Assembly: GCA_963797095.1 (NCBI GenBank)
Contig: CAWCNY010000001.1
Span: 1-64,000, forward strand
Length of the DNA stretch: 64,000 bases
Source: an uncultured Chloroflexia bacterium
GTDB taxonomy: Bacteria > Chloroflexota > Chloroflexia > QHBQ01 > JADMIH01
Direction: 5' to 3'
Under the pieces are notes generated by a model. It saw only the letters and a list, made by a program, of their open reading frames with translations. It had not been told where the DNA came from and did no database searches. The stretch's first letter is position 1. Every line of letters begins with the position of its first letter. The position numbers and the translations under genes were made by a program. Of this stretch, positions 32,147-41,864 are shown one piece after another.

Positions 32147-32740
32147 TCTATCGAAGCAACTGGCAATGTCGGCATCAAGTACATACTTTTGCATGTACTT
32201 GATACTTTCAAAGATAGCGGCAATGGCATCATGGGCTGAGCGTCCTGGCCGAAAACCATAGCTATTGGCTTCGAATTTGGCTTCCCATTCGGGTTCAAGA
32301 GCCAGTTTGACCAATGCTTGTGCTGCTCGGTCATGCATCACGGGAATACCGAGAGGCCGTTTATCCGTTGTGCCAGGTTTGGGTATCCAAACCCTTCGCA
32401 CCGGTTGTGGCTTACCTCGCAGGTCCAGGGATTGTACAAGCTCCATGCGTTGTTGAGGAGTTAGAGATTTCACCCCGTCAATTCCGGCGGTTTTCTTGCC
32501 CTGGTTATCCTGTGTTACCCGTCTTACCGCCAGGCATCTGGCTGCCCAGGACCTAACCATCAGGTGTTGCAAGTTGTGTACAGTTTTTCTATCGTCACGT
32601 TGTGAGGCTTGGTAAATGCGCTTTTGGAGCTTGAAAACCGCCTGTTCGATTGCTCGCCAGGGGAGGGTTTTCCATTCATACACTGGCATTGGCGCTGGTG
32701 CTTGCTTTTGCATTGGCACTTGCGCTGATACCGTGCTCAT
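32147..32740 (-). CDS. ltrA: Intron A RT, N-terminal exon
   Basis: VFKLQKRIY, AVRRVTQDNQGKKTAGIDG, RPLGIP, SYGFRPGRSAHDA, DADIASCFDR. Confidence 0.9.
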
Positions 32741-33343
32741 GACATTCGACTCCTACTCATGCCCTTACCATCCGTATGCCGACCTGCTCCTCATGAGGAG
32801 CATTTTCCTCGTGAGGAGAACCAACTGAGTGGTTACCCCGTTCCTGGTATTCGTTTTACGCAGTTTTAGGACCGTACTATCCGCCGGGTTTAGTGGGAAT
32901 GAAAACTGGTCAGATGGAAAGCCGCCAGCCCCTATCCTTATCCTTTTGGACCAGGCCATAGAACCTGCGTAGGCCTGTTCGCGCTAACGACGGTTCAGCT
33001 GTACGTTCACTTTCGTTGTCCATGACTGCCTGCTGGCAAGTTATCGGCATCAGGTTTGTCGTTGGCTTGCGTTCCACCCATGCACCGCACTGAGATTGAT
33101 GGTCAGTCGCATCCATGTGGGTGGCGCATTTCCTTGTTCATTTCAAGGATGGGGAATTGGACCAGACCTTACACCACGCTAGACTGTGCTAGACCGTGCT
33201 GGACTGTGCTAGACCGTGCTAGACCGTGCTAGGCCGCACCCCACATCGAATACCAAGTTATCTGAGAAGGCTGATCGGCATACATCCTCCTCAGTCTCAC
33301 ATTCGAGTCGTTATATTGACAATTATGTGAGAACGGGTCGCAC

Positions 33344-34416
33344 TTCCATTACGGCATTGTCGTAGCAATCTCCTTTCCTGCTCATGCTGCACACCATCTT
33401 GTGAGCATCAAGCAACTGCTGATAGTCTTGGGCGGCATACTGGCTCCCTTGGTCCGAGTTATGCAGCACGCCTTCTTGGGGCCGCCGCTGCGTAGTGGCC
33501 ATCTGCAATGCTGAAGCCACTAGCGTCTCCTCCATGTGCTTGTCCATCGCCCAGCCTACTATCTTGCGAGAATAGATGTCGAGCACCGCTGCCAGGTACA
33601 GCCACCCTTCTTTGGTTCTCAGGTACGTAATGTCGCTGACCCATTTTTCGTTAGGTCCGGCCGCCCAGAACTGGCGGTTCGGTGTGTTTGGAGCCACAGG
33701 GTAGCTGTGCTTGGAAAAGGGTGGTTGTTACCTTGTATGCCCGTCGCCTGAGGGCTTTTATGCCTGCCTTTCGCATCAATCGAGCCACACGGTTGAGGCC
33801 GCAAGGTGTGCCTGTACTGTTCAATTCAGCATGTATGCGTGGCGCTCCGTAAGTGCCACGGCTCCTCTTGAATGTGGCTTGTATTGCCGCAGTTAGCTGT
33901 TCGTCAGCCATCTCTCTCCTTGAAGGCGGCTCTTCCTGGCGCTTGACCCACGTGTAGTATCCACCTCTTGAAACCTGCAGTACCCGGCACATTATCTTGA
34001 GTTCGTACTTGCCTCTGTGCCTGTGAATGAAGGCAAACTTCAGTCTTGGTCTTGCGTCTTGGAGAAGATGGCAATGGCTTACTTTAGTATGTCCCTTTCT
34101 TGTCGAACGATCTCCAGCTCTCGCTTTAGCCTGTGTACTTCAGCTTCCGCATCACTTTGATGGCCTGTGCCTGGAAAGGCTCGCTCCACATTTCCCCCTT
34201 CCTTATTGAATGCCCTTTCCCACAGGTGGATCTGGCCAGGGTACAACCCAAGCTCTCGTTCCAGGTCGGCCTTGGTCTTACCACTGCTTTTCAGCAGCCG
34301 CAACGTTTCAAGCTTGTGCTTTTCAGCAGCCGCAACGTTTCAAGCTTGAATTCTCGGGTGTATACTTTCTTCGACGGCCTCTCTGCTCTTTTTGTTTGGG
34401 ACTTGTTAGGCATCAT
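33344..34416 (-). pseudogene. IS3 orfA and N-terminal orfB fragments
   Basis: YTREFKLE, RQERDILK*, YGAPRI, WVSDITY, DQGSQY, CYDNAVME; 32-bp duplication at 34285-34348 breaks orfA. Confidence 0.88.
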
Positions 34417-34479
34417 TTAGACTTCCTCCATATTGTGGACCAGGGTCTTCCTCGTGTCCACTTTGATGGGGGAATCCCA

Positions 34480-34695
34480 GGAAGAGGAGGTGGTCAGAGC
34501 ACGCACACTCCCCAGCCTGTCTGCGAACCGGTTGCCGATCAGGCGTACCAGATTTGCAGTAATAGTGTTGTGCTCAGGGCTAGCGCAGGCCATCGCGTAT
34601 ATCTGGCCGTTGATAAGCTCGCTCTTGTAATCGGCCCTGGTCTCAAGAGCGAGGCATTCTTCCTGGGTATATTGTTTATGGGGTAATGCTGCCAT
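34480..34695 (-). pseudogene. Uma2 (DUF820) family endonuclease, 3'-truncated at the IS3 end
   Basis: KSELINGQIYAMA.ASPEHN.I N-terminal motif only. Confidence 0.75.
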
Positions 34696-34771
34696 GATGC
34701 CCAGAGTCTGCTCCTTTTGTGCCCGTTATTATCCTGGCCCCGCCTCTTCCTGGGGCCATTATGCCAACAGG

Positions 34772-34817
34772 AGAAAAGAAAACGAACAGGCCCGTCGCTC
34801 CGGCGGGTCTGTTCGTT
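34772..34817 (-). terminator. Rho-independent terminator of the SBP gene
   Basis: About 17-bp stem AACGAACAGGCCCGTCG / CGGCGGGTCTGTTCGTT followed by a U-rich tract on the minus strand. Confidence 0.8.
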
Positions 34818-34834
34818 CGAGAGAAGGAGGTATT

Positions 34835-37276
34835 CTACTTGAAGTACCACTGAGGGCTGTTCCACCACTGTGGCCAAGAGCTGTTAGTGGTCTTGCGGTT
34901 CACCATCTTGTTTGTGTAGATCTCGATGGTTGGGCGGGCTGCCAATGGGATGGTCGCCGCATCGTTCATCATCTCCACCTGTATAATCGCCGACTGCTCA
35001 GCCTGCTTGCTTCTATCAAGTTCGGCCTTGAAGAGCGCGTTGGCGTTCGTTACCTTCTCGTTGATGTACTGCTGACGGTTCGGGTTGCCCGGGTTGTTCG
35101 CCGTCACCAACTGGCCCGAGTCCCACGGGTCGAAGTTAGAGGTGGAAAGCTGAGTGTAAGCGAACTGGCACAGCTTGCACTTGCCCGTGCTGATAGGGCC
35201 GTCCGGGGCGAAGTAGCCGGTTGGGTAGTTCACCACCTGCGCGTCCACCCCGATCGATTTCAGGTCATTCGACACAAGAGCCTGGATTGCCTGGCGGGTG
35301 GTGTTGCGCGTGGTCGCGTACTCGAACGATAGCTCAACGCCGTTCTTGTCGCGTATGCCGTTGCCGTTAGTATCTTTCCAACCCGCTTCGTCGAGTAGCT
35401 GGTTGGCCTTGTCAGGGTCGTAGTTGTACACAGGCAACTTGTACTTGGCTGCCAGGTCCGGGAAGTTCTTGGCGAAGTCGGGGTTTGAGAGCGAATGGAA
35501 CACCGAAGGAGGCACCGGGCTATCGAGCACGCTCGATTTTCCTTTGAACACCACGTCCACGATCTGCTGGCGGTTGATGCCATAAGCCAGCGCCTGCCTC
35601 ACCTTCAGGTCCTTGAACGGCTCATACAGGAAGTAGGGGTCGAGATGCTCCCACGAAGCGGCCACCTTGCTCACTACCACGCCACCTGCCGCCTCGATCT
35701 GGGCCGACTGATCGGGCACTACCACGAAACCTTCGGAGGCGATCCCGTCCACCTGTCCCGTCAAGAAAGCGTTCACCTGTGCGTTGACGTCGGTGTTGAA
35801 CTTTGTGATGATGCGCTTGAGCAACGGGGGAGCGGTCAGGTTGTAGTTGGGGTTGGCAACCAACGTCATGCTTTCTCCCTGCTTCCATTCCTGGACCATG
35901 AACGGCCCGTAACCTGTCGGCTTCTGCCCCTCTGTCGATTGCTGAATCTGGTCAACAGGTATCTTCTCCAGTATGTGCTTTGGATGCACAGTGCCGATCA
36001 GGGCATACTGGAGGTCCACTACCGGCCTGTTCAGGTCGATGAAGGTCTGAAGGAACGCGAACTGTGTCTTGTCGGTGGCTGGGTCGGCCAGCTTGGCTTT
36101 CGCTTCGCGCACCGACATCCAGTTGTACACCACGGTGTACTTGTCAGGGTTGTCTACGCTCGATATCTTCTGTTGGAGTGATATGGACGCCGAGAACGGG
36201 TCGTCCAGGATCAGCTTGTAGCTGAACACGGCATCGTTCGAGGTCAATTCCACGCCGTCCGACCACTTGATGCCTTTGCGCAGCTTGTACTTGGTCACCA
36301 GGTGGCGGTCATCGCCCGCTCCTACAAAGAACGAGCCACCGTTCTCGATGGTCGGCACGTACCAGGCTGCCAGCGGGAGGAGGTTCTCCTGGTCGTCGCC
36401 TATCACCAGGCCATCATCGAAGGTAATGGCCGCACATATACGGACCGCCACCACCGTACCGGCCTCGTTGCAGAACATCGTGTCCGGTTCCTGGAGCGAG
36501 CCGTCTGTAAAGGTATCTTTGCTGCTCGTCACACCCGAAGGTGGGGCAATGGACAGCTGGTCGGCGGCCACAGGAGTGGTCTTGTACTGCTGCACACCCA
36601 GCAGACCCAGCTCTACCTCGTAGGGGGCTTGCTTCTCAGGGTGTACCTCGAAGCGTGCTCGCTCGAAGTACTGCACATTGTACGTCTTGCCGTCTGTAGC
36701 CGACACCTCGTCGAATGCTTCGCTCAGAGGATAGCCGAACTGAGAAAGACCACCGTACTGCTGCCAGTACTGGAGTATCTTGCCTGAGATAGTGTGTCCG
36801 GTCTCGGGGAACCACAGCTTGGTGGCGCTCAGATCGCTCGGTTGATCTACCTTTACGAACGGTTCGTCAGCGGCGTTGCGCGCTTTATTAGTAGTGGGAT
36901 CTAGCGAGCCACGGCCTTCGACGAAGTTAGCGCCGAGGCGGCCGAGGAGCACGTCGTAGGGGGCTGTATTTTCGGGGTGAGCCTCATACTTAGCGCGCTC
37001 GAACCACTGGGTTGAGTACGATTTACCGTCTTCAGTCGAAATCTCGGCGCGGCTAGCGGTGATAGGGAGGCCGTTGACATAGGTGGAAGCCTGGTCATTA
37101 CCCTGGGCTTGCCACACTTCGAGGAAGCGGCCTGTCACATCGAAATCGCCGATTTTGCGGGACGCGCCCTGGGCTGCTGCGGGATTGGCGGCCACGGGCA
37201 GCAGGCTCGCCGCCATCGATCCTACCATGCCTGCATAGAGCGCTGTGCGTAACAGAGTTATTTTGGGTTTTTCCAT
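34835..37276 (-). CDS. Peptide/nickel ABC substrate-binding protein (family 5) with an N-terminal FERAR-type surface domain
   Basis: Signal peptide; QWFERAKYE / QYFERARFE repeats; KWSDG..DAVFS, GYGPF, VRQAL..GINRQ. Confidence 0.88.
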   Translation of the reverse strand: MEKPKITLLRTALYAGMVGSMAASLLPVAANPAAAQGASRKIGDFDVTGRFLEVWQAQGNDQASTYVNGLPITASRAEISTEDGKSYSTQWFERAKYEAHPENTAPYDVLLGRLGANFVEGRGSLDPTTNKARNAADEPFVKVDQPSDLSATKLWFPETGHTISGKILQYWQQYGGLSQFGYPLSEAFDEVSATDGKTYNVQYFERARFEVHPEKQAPYEVELGLLGVQQYKTTPVAADQLSIAPPSGVTSSKDTFTDGSLQEPDTMFCNEAGTVVAVRICAAITFDDGLVIGDDQENLLPLAAWYVPTIENGGSFFVGAGDDRHLVTKYKLRKGIKWSDGVELTSNDAVFSYKLILDDPFSASISLQQKISSVDNPDKYTVVYNWMSVREAKAKLADPATDKTQFAFLQTFIDLNRPVVDLQYALIGTVHPKHILEKIPVDQIQQSTEGQKPTGYGPFMVQEWKQGESMTLVANPNYNLTAPPLLKRIITKFNTDVNAQVNAFLTGQVDGIASEGFVVVPDQSAQIEAAGGVVVSKVAASWEHLDPYFLYEPFKDLKVRQALAYGINRQQIVDVVFKGKSSVLDSPVPPSVFHSLSNPDFAKNFPDLAAKYKLPVYNYDPDKANQLLDEAGWKDTNGNGIRDKNGVELSFEYATTRNTTRQAIQALVSNDLKSIGVDAQVVNYPTGYFAPDGPISTGKCKLCQFAYTQLSTSNFDPWDSGQLVTANNPGNPNRQQYINEKVTNANALFKAELDRSKQAEQSAIIQVEMMNDAATIPLAARPTIEIYTNKMVNRKTTNSSWPQWWNSPQWYFK

Positions 37277-38012
37277 GTTTGGGATTCCTTCCGTTCTCGA
37301 TCATGCTATCTGACACAATCATCGAAACGTCGGGCAGCCTTGCAAGTGATCAATCTTGTCTGCTGCTGGCTCTGGCCCTTTGCTTCTCATCTTCGCTACG
37401 GTGGGCTGTTGTAGGTGGCTCTTGTCGGCTACACGCGATCGGTGCAGGGACTCAAATTCGGGGTTAGCCACAGTACACGCTCAGATCATGAAGACGAATC
37501 GTTTCCTGCCCGCCGTGCCCCATGTGCGCCTGGTATTCTGCCTCGAACCTGTAAATAAGTTGAGCGTCCGGTTCCGTGTGAGGATTTCAGCCTTTTACCT
37601 GGTTACACACCCCATGTGAAGTGGGTGTGGGAGGATATTTCGGCGCACCTTTGGGGCCAGGCAGGATGGGAACGCCGAATGAGGAACAGTCCAGCGTCTG
37701 CCCAATGCCTCACATCCATTCTAGACACGGCCCGGCTCGTGGACTATCGCATATTTGGGTAGTTTGTTGGGCTATCTGCTCGTGGCCCAGGTGACCGCTA
37801 CCAACGGAGATTACCCGTTTGGGTAATACCTTTCAGCAAATTGCAACCTTCGTATACCCTACCCTTTACTATTTAGCGCTAACATAGACTCGGATGAGTC
37901 TACTTACTTTTCGTCCTATCCTGACTCGTAAGTGGCGGATAGGGCAGGTTTCAAGCCTGCATCTATCAATCTTCTGTTTTCGGTAGGCGTATTTGACGGA
38001 GGAGGCATTTCA

Positions 38013-38495
38013 ATGAAAGCGCTCGTTATCTACGACTCCAAATTCGGCAACACCAAGCTGCTGGCTTCAGAGATTTCCCACGTGCTGTCCGAATACGGAG
38101 AGGTAAACATGGTGTATGCCCCTGAAGTGGACCCAACTATCTTTGAGAGCGTGGACCTTCTGGTAGTCGGCGGCCCCACCCAGGCGCACGGTCTAAGCCC
38201 GGACATGAAGCAATTACTGGAGGACATCCCGTCAGGCGATAAAATGGGGGGTGGCCCCTCGGCTCTGGCCTTCGACACACGCCTGGACTGGCCCACATGG
38301 CTATCGGGGTCCGCTTCCAGCAAAATCGCTCATGCCCTCGAAAAGCTCGGTTATACGCTGTTGGCTCCTCCTGAGAGCTTCACCGTAAAAGGCACCTCTG
38401 TGCCGGAGCTTTTAGAGGGCGAAAAAGACCGGGCACGCGCCTGGGTCCGCCTGGCCGTGGAGCACATAGCGACCCCTGCGCCCGTCGCTCAGTAA
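38013..38495 (+). CDS. Flavodoxin-family protein
   Basis: YDSKFGNT, VVGGPT, AFDTR; GGAGG RBS. Confidence 0.88.
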   Translation: MKALVIYDSKFGNTKLLASEISHVLSEYGEVNMVYAPEVDPTIFESVDLLVVGGPTQAHGLSPDMKQLLEDIPSGDKMGGGPSALAFDTRLDWPTWLSGSASSKIAHALEKLGYTLLAPPESFTVKGTSVPELLEGEKDRARAWVRLAVEHIATPAPVAQ

Positions 38496-38546
38496 GAGCC
38501 AAACGACAATAAAGTAAGTCCGTGGCTTGGATGAAGGGAGCGGCTG

Positions 38547-39305
38547 TTGAAAAGTCTCACTCTATCTCAACCCGCGAATCCGCCTGCTTATGCAAGCAGC
38601 ACGTTGGCATACCCCGTGGTTGGACTCGTCAGCCGAACGATCCTCTTCCTGGCCTGGCAAGCCGCCATCGCCCTAGTGATTGCACTATCAGGTGGCTCAG
38701 GGGCATGGGAAGCATCGGCGGCATGGTGGCCGGTGACGGCCACCCTCACCAATATCGTCTCGATAGGCTTGCTGGTGTTCTGGTTCAGGCGGGAGGGCGC
38801 GCGTTACCGCGCTCTGTTCCATGTCGAGCGCGAAACCTGGAAGCAAGACCTGAAGGCAGTTGCCGGAGTCGCCCTCGTAAGCGCGGTGCTGGCGATTCTT
38901 CCCAACTTCGGGCTGGCAATATGGCTCTTCGGAGATGCCCAGGTACCGGCAGATATGTTGTTCCGGGCGCTGCCTGCCTGGGCCGTGTGGATCAGCCTGG
39001 CGGCTTTCCCGATCACGATCGCGCTCGCCGAGCTTCCCACCTATTTCGGCTATGTAATGCCCCGTCTCGGGCAGGGCACGCGGGCGGTGCTGCTGGCCGC
39101 CTTCTTTCTTGGCATCCAGCATGCCACTCTGCCTCTGTTGTTCGATTGGCGCTTCATCCTCTGGAGGGCAGGCATGTTTCTGCCGTTCGCTCTCTGCTTG
39201 GCGGTCGTGCTACGCTGGCGACCACGTTTGCTCCCGTACCTGGTGGTCGTCCATGGCTTGTTGGACTTGCAGGCGGTGTTGATGGTGCTCCCGCTATCGT
39301 ACTGA
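38547..39305 (+). CDS. Multi-pass membrane protein, CPBP/CAAX-protease-like
   Basis: Hydrophobic helices; AELPTYFGY..QH..VVHGLLD. Confidence 0.6.
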   Translation: MKSLTLSQPANPPAYASSTLAYPVVGLVSRTILFLAWQAAIALVIALSGGSGAWEASAAWWPVTATLTNIVSIGLLVFWFRREGARYRALFHVERETWKQDLKAVAGVALVSAVLAILPNFGLAIWLFGDAQVPADMLFRALPAWAVWISLAAFPITIALAELPTYFGYVMPRLGQGTRAVLLAAFFLGIQHATLPLLFDWRFILWRAGMFLPFALCLAVVLRWRPRLLPYLVVVHGLLDLQAVLMVLPLSY

Positions 39306-39382
39306 GGGGAGCCGGGAATCGATCATACTGAACCTGACGAGGACTCGTCGTAGTCAGGAGGAACACTGAGAGGGACATTGAA

Positions 39383-40051
39383 ATGAAAAGCATTGACTTT
39401 CGCGTTATAGGAGGCGCTCTGTTGGTGGTGGCCGGTGCGCTGGCGCTCCTGCAAACTCTGACCGGCCAGGAAACTATGTGGGGGTGGGTTTGGGCTTTCC
39501 TCTTCGCGTTGGTTGGTTTGACCTTCCTCGCGTTGTATGCCAACACTCCGACCCGCAACTGGTGGGCAATCATACCGGGCATTACACTCGTCGCTCTGTC
39601 GGCCCTGATCGGCCTGAGCCTGCTTGGTTTCGGCGACGACACTGTTGAGGGCACCTGGCTTGGCGCGTTCTTCCTCGGCTCAATAGGATTGAGCTTCTGG
39701 ATCGTCTACCTGACACGGCGCGAGTTCTGGTGGGCGGTCATCCCCGGCGGCACCCTGTTCACACTGGCCGTCGTAGCCCTCATGTCCATTCAATTCCAGG
39801 ATGAGGTCGTGGGGGCCGTCTTCTTCTTCGGCCTTGCCGTCACTTTTGCCCTGCTCTACTTCCTACCCATACCCCATGTACATACTGCCTGGGTGCTCAT
39901 CCCTGCTGTTGGCCTCGTCGTCATGGGTTTGGCGGTGCTGCTTGCCTATACCAACCTGGTCAACTATATCTGGTCGTCGGCGCTTATCCTGATCGGCATC
40001 TATCTGCTGTTCAGGCAAAGAGGCGGCGGTGAGATGACCAGGAAGGGGTAG
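39383..40051 (+). CDS. Hypothetical multi-pass membrane protein
   Basis: About 8 TM segments with repeated WWAxIPG motifs. Confidence 0.75.
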   Translation: MKSIDFRVIGGALLVVAGALALLQTLTGQETMWGWVWAFLFALVGLTFLALYANTPTRNWWAIIPGITLVALSALIGLSLLGFGDDTVEGTWLGAFFLGSIGLSFWIVYLTRREFWWAVIPGGTLFTLAVVALMSIQFQDEVVGAVFFFGLAVTFALLYFLPIPHVHTAWVLIPAVGLVVMGLAVLLAYTNLVNYIWSSALILIGIYLLFRQRGGGEMTRKG

Positions 40052-40053
40052 AG

Positions 40054-40779
40054 GTGAAAACCCGAAGGCGCTACAGGATGCGGTGGCTTGCCCTATCGAT
40101 CCTGATGGTGATCCTGCTACCTGTGAGTGGTGTTGGCGCGGCTGCTTCACCTGTGGTTGCCGACCCTTTTGTGGAGTACTACAACGCACATGAAGGGATG
40201 CGCGTGCTCGGCCTACCCCTGAGTGAGTTGGTGGAGGTGGGCAGCTACCCCGCCCAGTACTTCGAGAAAGGCCGCATCGAGGACCACAGCAGCGACGTTA
40301 CCGACCCCAACTGGGCCTTCATGTACGGGCGGCTCACGGTTGAACTGATCGGATTGCATGACCAGGAATTAAAGGTCAGCGGCACCGATTTCACCTATGC
40401 TGACCTGGAGGAAGCCGCCGACCCGAAGCACCGGGTGGCCCCGCCTCCGAGTTTCACCGGGGGTACGGTTGGCGTGCTCGATGGCATGTTTGTGCCTTTC
40501 GACAGCCAGCTTCGTCCTGCTCCCGGCTACGCGGTAGCGCCCTACTTCTGGGCTTACGTCAACCGCGCCGACCTCTTCCCCGGTGGGTGGCTACACGACG
40601 TCGGCCTGCCTATGACCAACACCTTCACCGCCACGGTACTCAAAGGCGATGGCGAATCGCATACAATCTTTGTGCAGGCGTTCGAGCGAGCTGTCCTGAC
40701 CTACGACATGCGTAATCCCGCCGGGTGGCAGGTCGAAAAAGGCAATATCGGTGCTGATGCGCAGGAAGCTATCAAGTAA
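40054..40779 (+). CDS. Secreted protein consisting of one uncharacterised ~200-aa domain
   Basis: Signal peptide; QYFEKGRIEDH..GGWLHDVGLPMT..QAFERAVLTYD. Confidence 0.8.
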   Translation: MKTRRRYRMRWLALSILMVILLPVSGVGAAASPVVADPFVEYYNAHEGMRVLGLPLSELVEVGSYPAQYFEKGRIEDHSSDVTDPNWAFMYGRLTVELIGLHDQELKVSGTDFTYADLEEAADPKHRVAPPPSFTGGTVGVLDGMFVPFDSQLRPAPGYAVAPYFWAYVNRADLFPGGWLHDVGLPMTNTFTATVLKGDGESHTIFVQAFERAVLTYDMRNPAGWQVEKGNIGADAQEAIK

Positions 40780-41781
40780 TCAAGTAGCAGGCGCGTGTTC
40801 CTGGAGGAACTCGTAGACGCCCGTGAGCGCGACCTCTTTGTGGGTCACAATTGCCAGGTGGCTGCCGCCTTCGATCGTAAGAAGGCGCGCCCCTGGCACG
40901 CTATCCACAAGAGATCGCGAATGCTCGATAGGCACCGTATGATCGGCGGTGCCGTGCACCGCCAGGGTGGGCACGGCGATCTTTTGGAGCGGGTAGCGCG
41001 GCAGAGTCGGGAAGAGAGCCAGGTCCAGGGCGAAGCCTGCCCGCCGCAAGCTTAACGGGTGTGGGAAGTAGATCTCTTCCATAACCCGCAACTTATCAGG
41101 CTCCGACCTGTAACTTTGAAGGCGCTCCGGGGTCATACCGTAAAGAGCCAGCACCTTCTCTTTGGCAAATGTCCGGAGGGTAAGCAGCCCCAGGTCGTTG
41201 TTCAATACCGCTATCATCGCGCGCTCGCGCCGCGTAAGGCCGGGGTCCAGCCTCCCTGTCACCCCTGCGATTGACACCAAAGCCCAGCATCGATCAGGGT
41301 GGCGCAACACAAACTGAACAGCTGATGGTCCGCCCCCCGACACACCGATCATCGCCACGCGCTCTATGCCAAGCTTATCGAGGAGCGCCACGTAGGAATC
41401 GGCCTGGGCCTCGTAGGTGCGATGAGCAGGATCGTGCGGGACAGGGGTGCGCAAATATCCCCATCTGGATACCGACACCACATGCAGTCTGCGCTGGTCT
41501 GGTGGGGCGAGCTGCGTGATCAGCATACCCTGATCCCAGCCGCCCAGGATGCCATGTGCAATAAGCACCGGCGGCCCGCTCCATTCCTCGGCATATTCGA
41601 GGGGACCGAAGGGGGCAGCAACCAGGTGGCTCTGGGCCGCAAGGTGGCTGCGCATTGAGTGCAGCCATGCCTCGTACAATCCAAACCCCACGGAGGCAGC
41701 GCTTCCCACACCTATAACCGCCAGTGCGGACACAGGCGGCAGAATATGGGTATCAGGTTGGTTTAGAACATTCGCGGACAT
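40780..41781 (-). CDS. Alpha/beta hydrolase
   Basis: HGILGG, GVSGGG nucleophile elbow, HGTADHTVP, GGSH. Confidence 0.88.
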   Translation of the reverse strand: MSANVLNQPDTHILPPVSALAVIGVGSAASVGFGLYEAWLHSMRSHLAAQSHLVAAPFGPLEYAEEWSGPPVLIAHGILGGWDQGMLITQLAPPDQRRLHVVSVSRWGYLRTPVPHDPAHRTYEAQADSYVALLDKLGIERVAMIGVSGGGPSAVQFVLRHPDRCWALVSIAGVTGRLDPGLTRRERAMIAVLNNDLGLLTLRTFAKEKVLALYGMTPERLQSYRSEPDKLRVMEEIYFPHPLSLRRAGFALDLALFPTLPRYPLQKIAVPTLAVHGTADHTVPIEHSRSLVDSVPGARLLTIEGGSHLAIVTHKEVALTGVYEFLQEHAPAT

Positions 41782-41864
41782 ACAGCTACTTCGCGCTGTG
41801 GATAGCACAGTACCCTATTATACAACAGGCGCGCAACCCCATCCGCGATGACTCGTGTCCACGC

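Larger units (their letters stand above)
28312..33343 (-). mobile_element. Group II intron A (IIB, chloroplast-like class), outer intron of a twintron
   Basis: 5' GTGCGACCCG at 33343; DV GAGCCGGATGAGCGGGAAACCCTCACGTCCGG; ends ..TTAGCCACC at 28312; candidate EBS1/EBS2 found. Confidence 0.9.
28109..34479 (-). mobile_element. IS3-family element (inactive) hosting nested group II introns
   Basis: Imperfect IRs TGGGATTACCCC.. / TGGGATTCCCCC..; orfA and orfB fragments; orfB split at DNAVME|SFWSTLK. Confidence 0.88.

Noticed and set aside
28317-32740. RT genes as retron, DGR or defence RT
   Set aside because: Both have maturase and HNH domains, flanking DV/DVI RNA and precise exon junctions, so they are group II introns
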